From an uncultured virus (IMG/VR IMGVR_UViG_3300031669_003759) (taxonomy: Duplodnaviria; Heunggongvirae; Uroviricota; Caudoviricetes): a DNA stretch of 20,000 nt. The position numbers and the translations under genes are program-made. This document shows positions 10,159-19,900 of the stretch, in pieces. The notes under the pieces are model-generated. The model was given only the letters and a program-made list of their open reading frames with translations. It was not told where the DNA came from and did no database searches. The DNA is taken from the IMG/VR virus record IMGVR_UViG_3300031669_003759, positions 52,447 through 72,446 of that record, one strand, 5' to 3'. Each line of letters opens with the position of its first letter. The first letter of the stretch is position 1.

Positions 10159-12261
10159 ATGGCAAAGCAAAAAAAGAAAGATAAAACTAAGGTTGACTCT
10201 GTAGATCAACTAATAGTAAACATCCAGAAAGAGTACGGAAGGACAGCTATACGCCGAATGAACGATAAATCAATTATAAAGGTAGATACAATTTCTACTG
10301 GGTCCATACTGGTTGATGAAGCCTTGGGAATAGGGGGATTCCCCCGTGGAAGGCTCGTAGAGGTATTCGGACCTGAAGGATCTGGAAAAGCACAGCCACT
10401 AGATGCAAAAATCCTAACGCCTATTGGGTGGAAAACTATGGGCGACATTCGCCCAGGCGATCTTATAATTGCGGCAGATGGCAATTCGGCTGTTGTCAGC
10501 GTGACATTTCCACAAGGTAAAAAAGACATATTTGAAATAGTTTTTTCAGATGGAAGTAAAACTGAATGTTGTAAAGACCACCTATGGACGGTACAAACTT
10601 GGGAGGACAAACAAAACAATTTATGGAGAATTTTGCCGTTATGCGAAATAGTGAAGGACTTCAAACTAAGCGACAGATTAAAGTATATGATTCCATTAGT
10701 AGATCCCGTAACGTTTAGTAAGCAGGAAAAAGAATTACCATTAGATCCATACATTTTAGGAATGCTCCTCGGTAACGGGAGTTTTTCGCAAGGAAGTACT
10801 ATAAAATTTTCTACAGCGGATGCTGAACTGGTAACTTCATTACAAACATTTGCTAAACAAACTAAATTGAAAGTAAAGAAAATAGGTAAGAGTAAATATG
10901 ATTACACAATTAGTAAAATTAAAAGGGGCCATAATAAATCGTGGCTAACAAAAACACTAGAAAAGCTTGGGTTGCATGGGCTACGATCTCACGAAAAGTT
11001 TATCCCTATAGAATACTTATATGCGTCAATCCAAGATAGAATGGCGATACTCCAAGGATTATTGGACACTGACGGGTCTATTAGTAACGGACACCGTATG
11101 GTAGAGTTTGTTACAACAAGTAGATTACTTGCTGAAGGTGTGCAACATTTGGTACAAAGTCTAGGGGGTAAAACGGGCATATCGACTAAACAGACACATT
11201 ATACCTACGCAGGAAATACATTATCAGGAAAACCTGCATATAGAATGTCCATACTAGCACCAAGAAACATAGCGTTATTTAGACTAACACGTAAATTACA
11301 CAAATCTAAAATTTGTAAACAATTAGACTATCGAAGCAGGTGGATAGCAGGCATAAATTACATTGGTAAAAAAGAAGCCAAATGTATTTATGTAGATCAC
11401 CCAGACCACCTGTACGTAACTAACGACTTTATCGTTACGCACAACACCACGTTATCACTGCATTGTATCGCAGAGGCGCAAAAATTAGGAGGAGAGGCAC
11501 TATTTATAGACGCTGAACATGCGTTTGATCCGACTTTAGCTCAAAAGATCGGGGTAAACCCTGAATTACTTTCGATCTGTCAGCCTGACTCTGGAGAGCA
11601 AGGCTTGGACGTTCTTGAGATGGGCGTAGCGTCTGGTAAACTGGCCATAGCAGTCGTAGATTCTGTCTCTGCACTCGTCCCACAGGCTGAGATAGATGGA
11701 GACATGGCTGCGCAACAGATGGGCCTCCAGGCGCGTCTAATGGGCAAGGCAATGCGCAAAATCAATGGTTTTGTCTCTAAAACCAACACTTTAGTTATAT
11801 TTATCAATCAACTAAGACAAAAAATTGGGGTAGTATTCGGAAATCCTGAAACGACCAGTGGTGGAAATGCCCTCAAGTTCTATGCAAGTATCCGCATGGA
11901 CATTCGTAGAATTGGATCCATCAAGGAAAAAGGCAAGAAAAAAGATAAAGATGAAAAAGCAGAGGTTAAAATTATAGGTAACAAAGTAAGAATAAAAATT
12001 ATTAAGAACAAATTAGCTCCACCCTTCAAAACAATAGAAACAGATCTTATCTTTGGGCATGGATTTAATAAAGAAGGAGAAATTCTTGATCTCGGGTATG
12101 ATTTAGATGTCTTAGAAATGCAGGGAGCTTGGTATAATTATAAGGACGAAAGAATAGGACAGGGTAAGCCCAATGCATGTAAAGTATTAAGAAAGACACC
12201 TAAGTTACTAAGGGCTATTGTAGCGGACATTCACAAGGCGCAAGCAGATGAAAATAGCTAA
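10159..12261 (+). CDS. recA: RecA recombinase precursor (348 aa after removal of a 352-aa intein)
   Basis: ISTGS...[59 protein letters not shown] and [12 protein letters not shown]. Confidence 0.97.
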   Translation: MAKQKKKDKTKVDSVDQLIVNIQKEYGRTAIRRMNDKSIIKVDTISTGSILVDEALGIGGFPRGRLVEVFGPEGSGKAQPLDAKILTPIGWKTMGDIRPGDLIIAADGNSAVVSVTFPQGKKDIFEIVFSDGSKTECCKDHLWTVQTWEDKQNNLWRILPLCEIVKDFKLSDRLKYMIPLVDPVTFSKQEKELPLDPYILGMLLGNGSFSQGSTIKFSTADAELVTSLQTFAKQTKLKVKKIGKSKYDYTISKIKRGHNKSWLTKTLEKLGLHGLRSHEKFIPIEYLYASIQDRMAILQGLLDTDGSISNGHRMVEFVTTSRLLAEGVQHLVQSLGGKTGISTKQTHYTYAGNTLSGKPAYRMSILAPRNIALFRLTRKLHKSKICKQLDYRSRWIAGINYIGKKEAKCIYVDHPDHLYVTNDFIVTHNTTLSLHCIAEAQKLGGEALFIDAEHAFDPTLAQKIGVNPELLSICQPDSGEQGLDVLEMGVASGKLAIAVVDSVSALVPQAEIDGDMAAQQMGLQARLMGKAMRKINGFVSKTNTLVIFINQLRQKIGVVFGNPETTSGGNALKFYASIRMDIRRIGSIKEKGKKKDKDEKAEVKIIGNKVRIKIIKNKLAPPFKTIETDLIFGHGFNKEGEILDLGYDLDVLEMQGAWYNYKDERIGQGKPNACKVLRKTPKLLRAIVADIHKAQADENS
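10390..11445 (+). mobile_element. Class 3 intein with LAGLIDADG domain in RecA Walker A (GSGK|T)
   Basis: Starts [11 protein letters not shown] (Ala1). Block B KDHLW (Trp), block F EAKCIYV (Cys), block G IVTHN (Thr), +1 Thr. Endonuclease blocks LGMLLGNG and LQGLLDTDG. Confidence 0.93.
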
Positions 12262-12553
12262 ACATTATGATACAACGCTTTCACATAAGTTTCCTAATGG
12301 AGATATTGCCACAGTCCGGTTAGGAACACTCATAGAGGTGGATACTGTCCTAGACACCGCATCTGATTCTGATATTGATAAATTCAGTGCGAAGCTGTCA
12401 AAACGGACATATAAACTAACAATGAAGGATATTAAACGTTTCTCAAAAGAAGACCCTCTTGTGAAAGCAGTATGTGTTGGAGTGCAGGAGGGCATGCAAA
12501 TTGTAGACACTGAAAAAGAGGCCATGCGCATCCTCGAAGAAAACGATGACTAA
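12248..12553 (+). CDS. Hypothetical protein (101 aa)
   Basis: ORF overlapping the end of recA and the start of the next gene, in operon orientation. No recognisable motif. Confidence 0.65.
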   Translation: MKIAKHYDTTLSHKFPNGDIATVRLGTLIEVDTVLDTASDSDIDKFSAKLSKRTYKLTMKDIKRFSKEDPLVKAVCVGVQEGMQIVDTEKEAMRILEENDD

Positions 12554-13118
12554 AAAAATAAAAAAGAACTATGCAGCAACGGTTGTAACCGGGGATCTTG
12601 ATGAATTGAACGAAAAGGATAAACTTTCCTTTTTGAAACAGGAGTATAAAGTAGCAAAGGACACAGTTATTGACTATGCCAGAGCAAAAGCAGAAATTCA
12701 AAAATACATTGTGCAATTACCGACACATCCAGATTATGTAGACCTTTCAGAAATAAATACATTATATGCACTTGCACAATCATATTCATCTAGAGTAACT
12801 GCTATCGAGGTACTCGCAATTGACAATCATGCCAGATGGAAACGTTTGGTAGATTTGTTGGAAGCATATATAGAAGATAAACGCAGTGAGTTATTAGTAT
12901 CTGAAGAATTTGAAGACTATACAGTTCAAAAGGCAGAAGCTAAGGCGCATACATTACTAAAGAAAGAGCACAAGACGCTACATGGCCTGAAAAATAAGAT
13001 GACAGAAGCTGAAAGTTTTTATCGTATGATTACGACTAAGAAAAAGGATTTAACCTCAGTCTTAACAACTCTTGGTAAGCAAGTGAAAGCATTGTCTCTC
13101 GAAAAATCAATCCAGTAA
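12546..13118 (+). CDS. Helical protein, possible UvsY-like recombination mediator
   Basis: 190 aa with a long amphipathic-helix pattern ending KKKDLTSVLTTLGKQVKAL, located between recA and the SSB-like gene. The UvsY call is inference. Confidence 0.5.
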   Translation: MTKKIKKNYAATVVTGDLDELNEKDKLSFLKQEYKVAKDTVIDYARAKAEIQKYIVQLPTHPDYVDLSEINTLYALAQSYSSRVTAIEVLAIDNHARWKRLVDLLEAYIEDKRSELLVSEEFEDYTVQKAEAKAHTLLKKEHKTLHGLKNKMTEAESFYRMITTKKKDLTSVLTTLGKQVKALSLEKSIQ

Positions 13119-13134
13119 ACAAGGAGAAAGAAAA

Positions 13135-13926
13135 ATGGCACTGAAGATAAAACGAACAGAGCAGGTGCACGTAGATGAGGGAGATTATAAAGCAATAGTT
13201 TCTGACATCAAAGAACAAAAAGGAAATTGGGGGAACTACTACATCTGGACTTTCATTGTTAAAGGGGCGACAGATGAAGGAGAGGAAATCGAGGGACCAG
13301 CTAAAGTAACAGGGATAACCTCAGAAATTTTTTCAAGTGGGTCTAAACTGTGCAAATGGGCTGGGGCAGCAGGGATCGATGTAGATGATGATGAGATCGA
13401 TTTAGATGAGGCAAAAAAGGCTATAGTAAAAGTTTACATCGAGGATGAGGAAAGCTCAAAAGACGGAAGGATTTTCTCAAGGGTCACAAAAGTAAAGAAA
13501 TTTAGAAAAGGAAAAAAGGTAGAGGAAGAGGAAGAGGAAGAGGAAGAAGAAGAAGAGAAACCAAAGAAAAAGAGTACAAAGAAAGCTACAAAGAAATCTA
13601 AGAAGAAAGCTGCGCCTGTGGAGGAAGAGGAAGAGGAAGAGGAAGAGGAAGAGGAAGAGGAAGAGGAAGAGGAAGAGGAAGAGGAAGAGGAAGAGGAAGA
13701 GGAAGAGAAACCAAAGAAAAAAGGTACAAGGAAAGCTCCGAAAAAGGGGGCAAAGAAGGCTAAGCCTGTAGAGGAAGAGGAAGAGGAAGAGGAAGAGGAA
13801 GAGGAAGAGAAACCAAAGAAAAAGAGTACAAAGAAAACTAAGAAGAAAAAAGAGACGGAAGACGAAGAAGAAGGGGAAGAAGAGGAAGAAGACGAGGCAC
13901 TTTTCAACTTTGAAGACGATGATTGA
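13135..13926 (+). CDS. Putative phage ssDNA-binding protein (DUF669-like OB fold) with alternating poly-Glu/Lys-rich tail
   Basis: N-terminal beta-rich EGDYKAIVSDI...YYIWTFIV...KVYIE...FSRVTKV, an SSB-like acidic/aromatic tip ALFNFEDDD, a strong AAGGAG SD, and the recombination-gene context. Confidence 0.7.
   Translation: MALKIKRTEQVHVDEGDYKAIVSDIKEQKGNWGNYYIWTFIVKGATDEGEEIEGPAKVTGITSEIFSSGSKLCKWAGAAGIDVDDDEIDLDEAKKAIVKVYIEDEESSKDGRIFSRVTKVKKFRKGKKVEEEEEEEEEEEEKPKKKSTKKATKKSKKKAAPVEEEEEEEEEEEEEEEEEEEEEEEEEEEEEKPKKKGTRKAPKKGAKKAKPVEEEEEEEEEEEEEKPKKKSTKKTKKKKETEDEEEGEEEEEDEALFNFEDDD
13519..13850 (+). repeat. Three tandem units V-(E)n-KPKKK(S/G)T(K/R)K.. with n = 12, 29, 13; perfect (GAGGAA)14.5 at 13621-13707
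   Basis: GAAGAGAAACCAAAGAAAAA closes each Glu tract. Read directly. Confidence 0.95.
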
Positions 13927-14990
13927 TGGTAGGGATTTTACATACGGCAGATCTGCACAGGGGTGCGCATTCTGCGCACCCCATTTATAATACTCGGGTT
14001 ATCCCTGAGTTAGTAAATTTAGCTATAAGAAAACAGTGCGATTACATCCTCGTCGTCGGTGATATTTTCGATAAAGCTAAGCCAGACCAAACAGTAAAAG
14101 ATTATTTAGTTAGACAGCTACTGGATGCAAAACAACAAATCAACTTTATTTTCGTACCTGGAAACCATGATTACACGACTAAAGCATTGGAGTATCATTC
14201 ACTAAACTATCTATTATATCTGCGAGAGGCCAGTAACTACAAAGTAAATATACAGGTAGTAGAACCTGGAGAGTATAGCACATTCAAAAATCTAAGCGTT
14301 TTTGTTATGCAGGAATGGGGAAATGTAGACATAGCTGCAAAGGAAAATAATGGAACTAAGCCACTGATAATTGCATGGCATGGGCTCGTGCCTGGGTTAC
14401 AATTTTCAAATATTGTGCATGTCCCCAAGGAAACAACTAACTCTATAAAAAAAATTTTATCAAGCACGAATGCACAATACATTGCATTGGGAGATATTCA
14501 TCAGCCTATAGAACTACACCAACGCTGCTGGTACCCAGGTCCACCCGTTCAAAAGGCATATTCAGACAAAGACGGTGTATTGTTGGTTACAATGAACATG
14601 CAAAAAATCATGGTAAAAAAGTACCAACTTCCACTACCAAAAAAAATCACATTAGAAGTTGCATTTGAAGAAGGGGTTGATTCGGAAGAGACTATTATAG
14701 AATTTATAACTAACAAAGTTCCTGCCAACAATTTTCTGAAGTTGAAGTTTGAGTTACCATTAAAAGTGTGGGGGGCACTTAACCGAAGTTATATCCAAGA
14801 GACACTAAAGGATCATTGTTTAGAAATAAAATTGGAGAATGATCCTATTCCAGATGCTCACATTCGTAAATCTATAGAAAAAGTTTCAAAAGCGAAATCG
14901 CTTCAACAAGAGATAGATATAGTTTTAGACGAAGAAAACTATGGACTAGATAAAGATAAACTTAGAAAAACATGTAGAAAATATCTATGA
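13926..14990 (+). CDS. sbcD: SbcD/Mre11/gp47-like metallophosphoesterase nuclease
   Basis: HTADLH, VVGDIFD, VPGNHD, AWHG, ALGDIH and WYPG. ATG overlaps the upstream TGA (TGATG). Confidence 0.9.
   Translation: MVGILHTADLHRGAHSAHPIYNTRVIPELVNLAIRKQCDYILVVGDIFDKAKPDQTVKDYLVRQLLDAKQQINFIFVPGNHDYTTKALEYHSLNYLLYLREASNYKVNIQVVEPGEYSTFKNLSVFVMQEWGNVDIAAKENNGTKPLIIAWHGLVPGLQFSNIVHVPKETTNSIKKILSSTNAQYIALGDIHQPIELHQRCWYPGPPVQKAYSDKDGVLLVTMNMQKIMVKKYQLPLPKKITLEVAFEEGVDSEETIIEFITNKVPANNFLKLKFELPLKVWGALNRSYIQETLKDHCLEIKLENDPIPDAHIRKSIEKVSKAKSLQQEIDIVLDEENYGLDKDKLRKTCRKYL
13960..13987 (+). terminator. GC-rich hairpin GGGGTGCGCA-TTC-TGCGCACCCC followed by ATTTA; probable leaky intrinsic terminator for the SSB-like transcript
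   Basis: Perfect 10-bp stem (13960-13969 / 13973-13982) with a weak U-tract, 34 nt after the SSB stop. Confidence 0.6.
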
Positions 14991-16933
14991 TAGAATTACA
15001 AAAATTAACGTTAGACGGATGGCTGAGTTACGATAAGGCAACTTTCAAACTCAACAATCCAGGTATAACTAGAATCCATGGAGAGATCGGATCAGGAAAA
15101 TCAGCTATATTAGAGGCCATATTTTACCTATTATTCGGAAAAACACTCAGGGGTAAGGAAAGCGTAGATAATCTCGTAAATAAAATTTTGCAGCAGGGCT
15201 ACGATATAGCGCTATGGTATACACTAGACACTATCCCATATGCAGTACGTGAGATACGGGGACGAGCGAACCACGGGTTATACTTCTACAAATATAGTAA
15301 AGATTTACGCGGAAAGTCTGATCCGGAGACACGAAAAATAATTCTAGAGACTTTGGGAATGAGTGCTGACGACTTTAGATCGATTGCATTTTTGGGGCAA
15401 CGACAAACACAGCTTCTAGTAGAAGGTAAGCCTGCAGAACGGGCACATGCTATTATAGATATATTTTCTTTAAATAAATATGATGAACTTATTACGGGTT
15501 GTGATGTAGATCTAAAAGAGGCTGTACAGGAAAAGAAAAATTTAGCAGCAGATTCTGAACGATATGCACAGGAACTGGAGAATCTAGAGAATTCCCTACT
15601 AGATGATGTCACCTTGGAGGATGTCGATCCAAGAGATTTACCCATACTAGAAGATAAAATTGATACTGTGGTCAAAAAAATATCTAAAATTAGACGTATG
15701 GCAGAGCAAGTCCAGAATATAATAACCAAAGTAAGTATGCTAGACGAACAACGGCAACATGCCCGTAAGCTGTCTATTGAAATAAAGAAATTAAAAGAGG
15801 AACGTGCTAGATACAACAAACCAGATTCAGATATTACCGAAATAGAAGATGCACTAGACGAGCTACAACAAGAATATGCAAGTATAAAACACAAGCTTAC
15901 GCATGCCACGAATGAAATAAAAAATGCTAAGGCTATGACAAACTTGTGCCCCATTAATGCAGAACGATGCCCAGTTAATGTTCCTTTGGAAAATAAGGAA
16001 GCGGTAATAAAAAAGTTTACCAGTCATGCAAAAAAGGCGCAGGAAGAAGGGCAGATCATTGATAAGGAAATAAGCAAAGCTAAAAGGACTATCCAACTTA
16101 TAAAAACATGTGAAACGATAGAAGCAGCTATAGAGGAAAAGAAAGATTCTATAAGACAAGCTCAGAATGTAGAATTGGAGAAAATAAATATCAACGATGA
16201 GAAGAATAAATTCCAGAAATATAAAGATACTATCGACCATGGCAACAAAAAGCTAAACGAGTTAATGAATGCACGCACTGAGTTAAAAACCACATTAGCT
16301 GTTACCCAGGAGAGGCGATCAATACAAGAAAAGATAAATGTAGCCTTAGCTGAAAAAGAGAAAGCAGTAATAGATCTAAAAACTCAAGTAAATGCGAAGA
16401 GTGTTGAAGCACAGTACCTTGCTGGTGCATTGTCTATTTTCAAGAAAATGAAGATGTACAAAATTGACTTAGTTCTGCAATTACTCAACGTACATCTTAA
16501 AGATGTGCTCGAAAAAATCTCCAATGAGGAGTACAAGGCTGAGTTCGTCTCTCAACGTACCGGATCTAACAAAAAGAAAAAATTAGATAAAATAGGTATT
16601 TTAGTCTATGATAGCTATAAAGTAATACCGATTGAACTTTGTTCTGAGGGGCAAGCCACAGAAGTGGGTTTAGCAGTATTATTAAGTACATGGAAGACCG
16701 CAAACTCTATATCGCAGAAAGGCGTGTCCTCGTTGTGGTTGGATGAAGTCTTCGGGCCATTAAACGAGGAAATTATACATAGAATATTTGATACAGTCAT
16801 TGAAATCGCTAAGGAACTGGGTGCAACTTCAATAAAGGTAATATCTCATAGAGATCTAGATTCTCGTTTATTTGACTACTTTTGGGATTTGAAAAGAATA
16901 GATGGAATAACCACTGTTAGGAGTACTACATGA
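14987..16933 (+). CDS. sbcC: SbcC/Rad50/gp46-like ABC ATPase
   Basis: Walker A GEIGSGKS, Q-loop FLGQ, long coiled coil, central CPINAERCP, signature CSEGQ, Walker B LWLDEVF and H-loop VISH. Confidence 0.92.
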   Translation: MIELQKLTLDGWLSYDKATFKLNNPGITRIHGEIGSGKSAILEAIFYLLFGKTLRGKESVDNLVNKILQQGYDIALWYTLDTIPYAVREIRGRANHGLYFYKYSKDLRGKSDPETRKIILETLGMSADDFRSIAFLGQRQTQLLVEGKPAERAHAIIDIFSLNKYDELITGCDVDLKEAVQEKKNLAADSERYAQELENLENSLLDDVTLEDVDPRDLPILEDKIDTVVKKISKIRRMAEQVQNIITKVSMLDEQRQHARKLSIEIKKLKEERARYNKPDSDITEIEDALDELQQEYASIKHKLTHATNEIKNAKAMTNLCPINAERCPVNVPLENKEAVIKKFTSHAKKAQEEGQIIDKEISKAKRTIQLIKTCETIEAAIEEKKDSIRQAQNVELEKININDEKNKFQKYKDTIDHGNKKLNELMNARTELKTTLAVTQERRSIQEKINVALAEKEKAVIDLKTQVNAKSVEAQYLAGALSIFKKMKMYKIDLVLQLLNVHLKDVLEKISNEEYKAEFVSQRTGSNKKKKLDKIGILVYDSYKVIPIELCSEGQATEVGLAVLLSTWKTANSISQKGVSSLWLDEVFGPLNEEIIHRIFDTVIEIAKELGATSIKVISHRDLDSRLFDYFWDLKRIDGITTVRSTT

Positions 16934-19900
16934 CAATCCTCAATGAATTGGCTCAACAAATATTAGCGGCAAAATATTACACGGACGAAGAAACTACCCC
17001 AGAACAACTATTTTCACGGGTAGCAAAGATTGCAGCTATCCCTGATGTTATAGACAGGTTACTTGACCATAGCTATGGGCTATATTCAGATACCTGCTTA
17101 GTATTCGCTCCCTATGAAGAAATTTATAATAGAGTAGTAACCAGAAGACACTTGAAAATAGCTGTTGATCATGATGAACTTCTTGATCCTGATAAAAATG
17201 AAATCAATAAAATTTGGAATACAGAAACCAAAAAATATTATGATATTATGTGCAATTTAGAATTCATGCCGGGAACTCCAACATTAATAAATGCAGGACG
17301 AGCAAACGGAATGCTTTCCAGTTGTTTCTTTTTACGGGTGCCTGACTCCATGGAAGGCATCATGGAAACGAACAAGCAACTAGCTATGATATCTAAGGCA
17401 GGGGGAGGAGTAGGGCTGGACATATCTATGCTACGCCCGAAAGGAGCACCTGTTACAACAAGTACTAGGGGGACTTCCAGTGGGCCAGTAAGCTTCCTAC
17501 AAGTTTTTAATGAAACAGGTAATCAAGTACAGCAAGGCGGTGTGAGGCGTGCGGCATTAATTGCTATTATGCATATTGATCATCCAGATATTATTGAATT
17601 TATTCGATGCAAAGAAACGGAAGGAACTCTTTCAAATTTTAACATGTCTGTGCTTATTACTGATAAGTTTATGCGGGCAGTTAAAAATGAACCTGAGAGT
17701 CTTTGGACTTGCAGATGGGAAAATGTTGAATATATTATAGATAAAGAAACTAATCTTCCTGAAAAGTGTACCAATAGAAAAGATATTCAAACTGAGGCGT
17801 ATTATCAAGTTAAAGATATCTGGAATTTAATTGTTGAAAAATCCTGGAGCAATGGAGAGCCCGGTATTATTTTTTGGGATGAATTAAACAGAGGGGATAT
17901 TTTCAATGGTAAATTTGGTAAATTAGGTGTAAATCCATGCGTCCCTGCTGATACATGGATTATGACATACGAGGGTCCAAAACAGGTTGGTGATCTACTT
18001 GCTGATCAATTTTCAGCACAAGTAGACGGTAGTGAGTTTTCGGCAAGCAAATTCTTCAAAACTGGGAATAAGCCGTTAGTTAGAGTAACAACCCAGGAAG
18101 GGTTTGAAGTATGTACTACACCTAACCATCTGTTCAAGAAAATCATTGGGATTAGACACGTAAGAGATCCTAATAATTACAATGGAACAAGACTAACAGA
18201 CTATCTAGAAGATTGGGTGCCTGCTGGAGAATTGAATCCTGGAGATGTAGTACGACTACACAATCATAAATACAGCAATAAATGGAACGGACCAGGAACG
18301 TGGAATGAAGGGTACCTTTTGGGAATGTTAATTGGGGATGGTTATCTAACTACAGATAATTTAGGGAAAATCGAGATATGGGACGATGATGGTTCTAAAG
18401 AAATTATAGCTAAAATATTGGAATTTGTAGCACCACTAAATAAAAGATCCGATTTCAAAGGGTTTCATTATGCAGAAAAGACAAGAAAACATACGTTAAA
18501 ATTAGCAGCCTTATATGAACTCGCCAGAAGTTACGATGTTGTACAAAGTAATAAACATATTACTCCAAAGATTGAAAAAACCTCGTATGATTTTCACATT
18601 GGATTTTTGAGTGGATTTTTTGATGCTGCTGGATCTGTGCAGGGTACTCAAGAAAAAGGGATTTCTATTCGATTAGCACAAAGCTACTTTCAAGATCTAC
18701 AAGCCGTTCAACGTATGCTCTTACGGCTGGGTATACACTCCAAGGTTTATAAACGGAGAGAAGCAGGTACACATGAACTCCCTGATTCAAATGGGAGGCC
18801 AAAGGAATACCACATAAAAGATCAATTCGAGTTAATGATTAGTGGTGATGGTCTACACAAGTATGCTAGGGACATTGGCTTTTGCCGCACTAAAAAACGG
18901 GAAGATTTGCTAGAAAAGTTAGAAAACTATAAGCGTAAATTTAACAAGATGAAGTTTATGGCGACTGTTGCCACTGTTGAATTTCTCCCAGCAGAAAACG
19001 TGTATGACACAACAGTTACTAAAGTACATGCATTTGATGGAAACGGTTTCTACCTGCATAATTGCGGTGAGCAACCCCTCCTCCCCTTCGAATCATGTAA
19101 TCTTGGAGCTATAAATTTAGGGAAATGCTGGTACTATTCAGAAAAAGACAATCAAAATAAAATTGATTATGATAAAATAGAACACCTTACTGCATTAGGG
19201 GTGCAGTTCCTAGACAATATTATAGATATAAATAATTTCCCACTTCCGGAAATTGAAAAATGGACATTAAAAACTCGCAGAATAGGATTAGGAACTATGG
19301 GGTTACATGACTTAATGCTTCGTACCGAAATTAAGTATGGATCAGAGGAAAGTCTAACGTTAATTGATAATGTTTACAGCAAAATAGCTCAACAAGCACG
19401 CCAAGTATCCACTAAATTAGGAGAAATTCGTGGAATTCCTGATGATTTAAAAGACATCGGACAAAGGAATTCAGGATTGCTTACCGTGCAGCCTACAGGT
19501 ACAGTTTCTATAATTTGTAATCAAACGTCATCAGGCGTAGAGCCAGTTTTCCAATGGGAATTTACAAGAAAAGATAGTTATGGAACACATAAAATATGTC
19601 ATTTTATGAAGAAGGATTTTCCAGACGGTATGCCCACTTATGCAGTTACTGCGTTAGAAGTATTACCTGAAGAGCACGTACACATTCAAGCACAAATTCA
19701 GAAATATATTGACAGTTCTATATCGAAGACCGTAAACTTACCCAACATAGCGACGAGGGAGCAAATAGATACTATATTTAGCTTGGCATATGAAACTAAA
19801 TGTAAGTCTATAACTATTTATCGAAGTGGTAGCAGGCAAACTGAAGTGCTTATAAAAGAACCGGAAATACCTGATGAATCTGACGAGGAAACTACTAAAC

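Noticed and set aside
13519..13850. Repeat-spacer appearance suggesting a CRISPR array
   Set aside because: Units are in-frame low-complexity coding repeats with related 'spacers', and there are no cas genes.
16640..16654. SbcC signature CSEGQ instead of LSGGQ/E as a sign of inactivation
   Set aside because: An SEG signature also occurs in active T4 gp46-type proteins.
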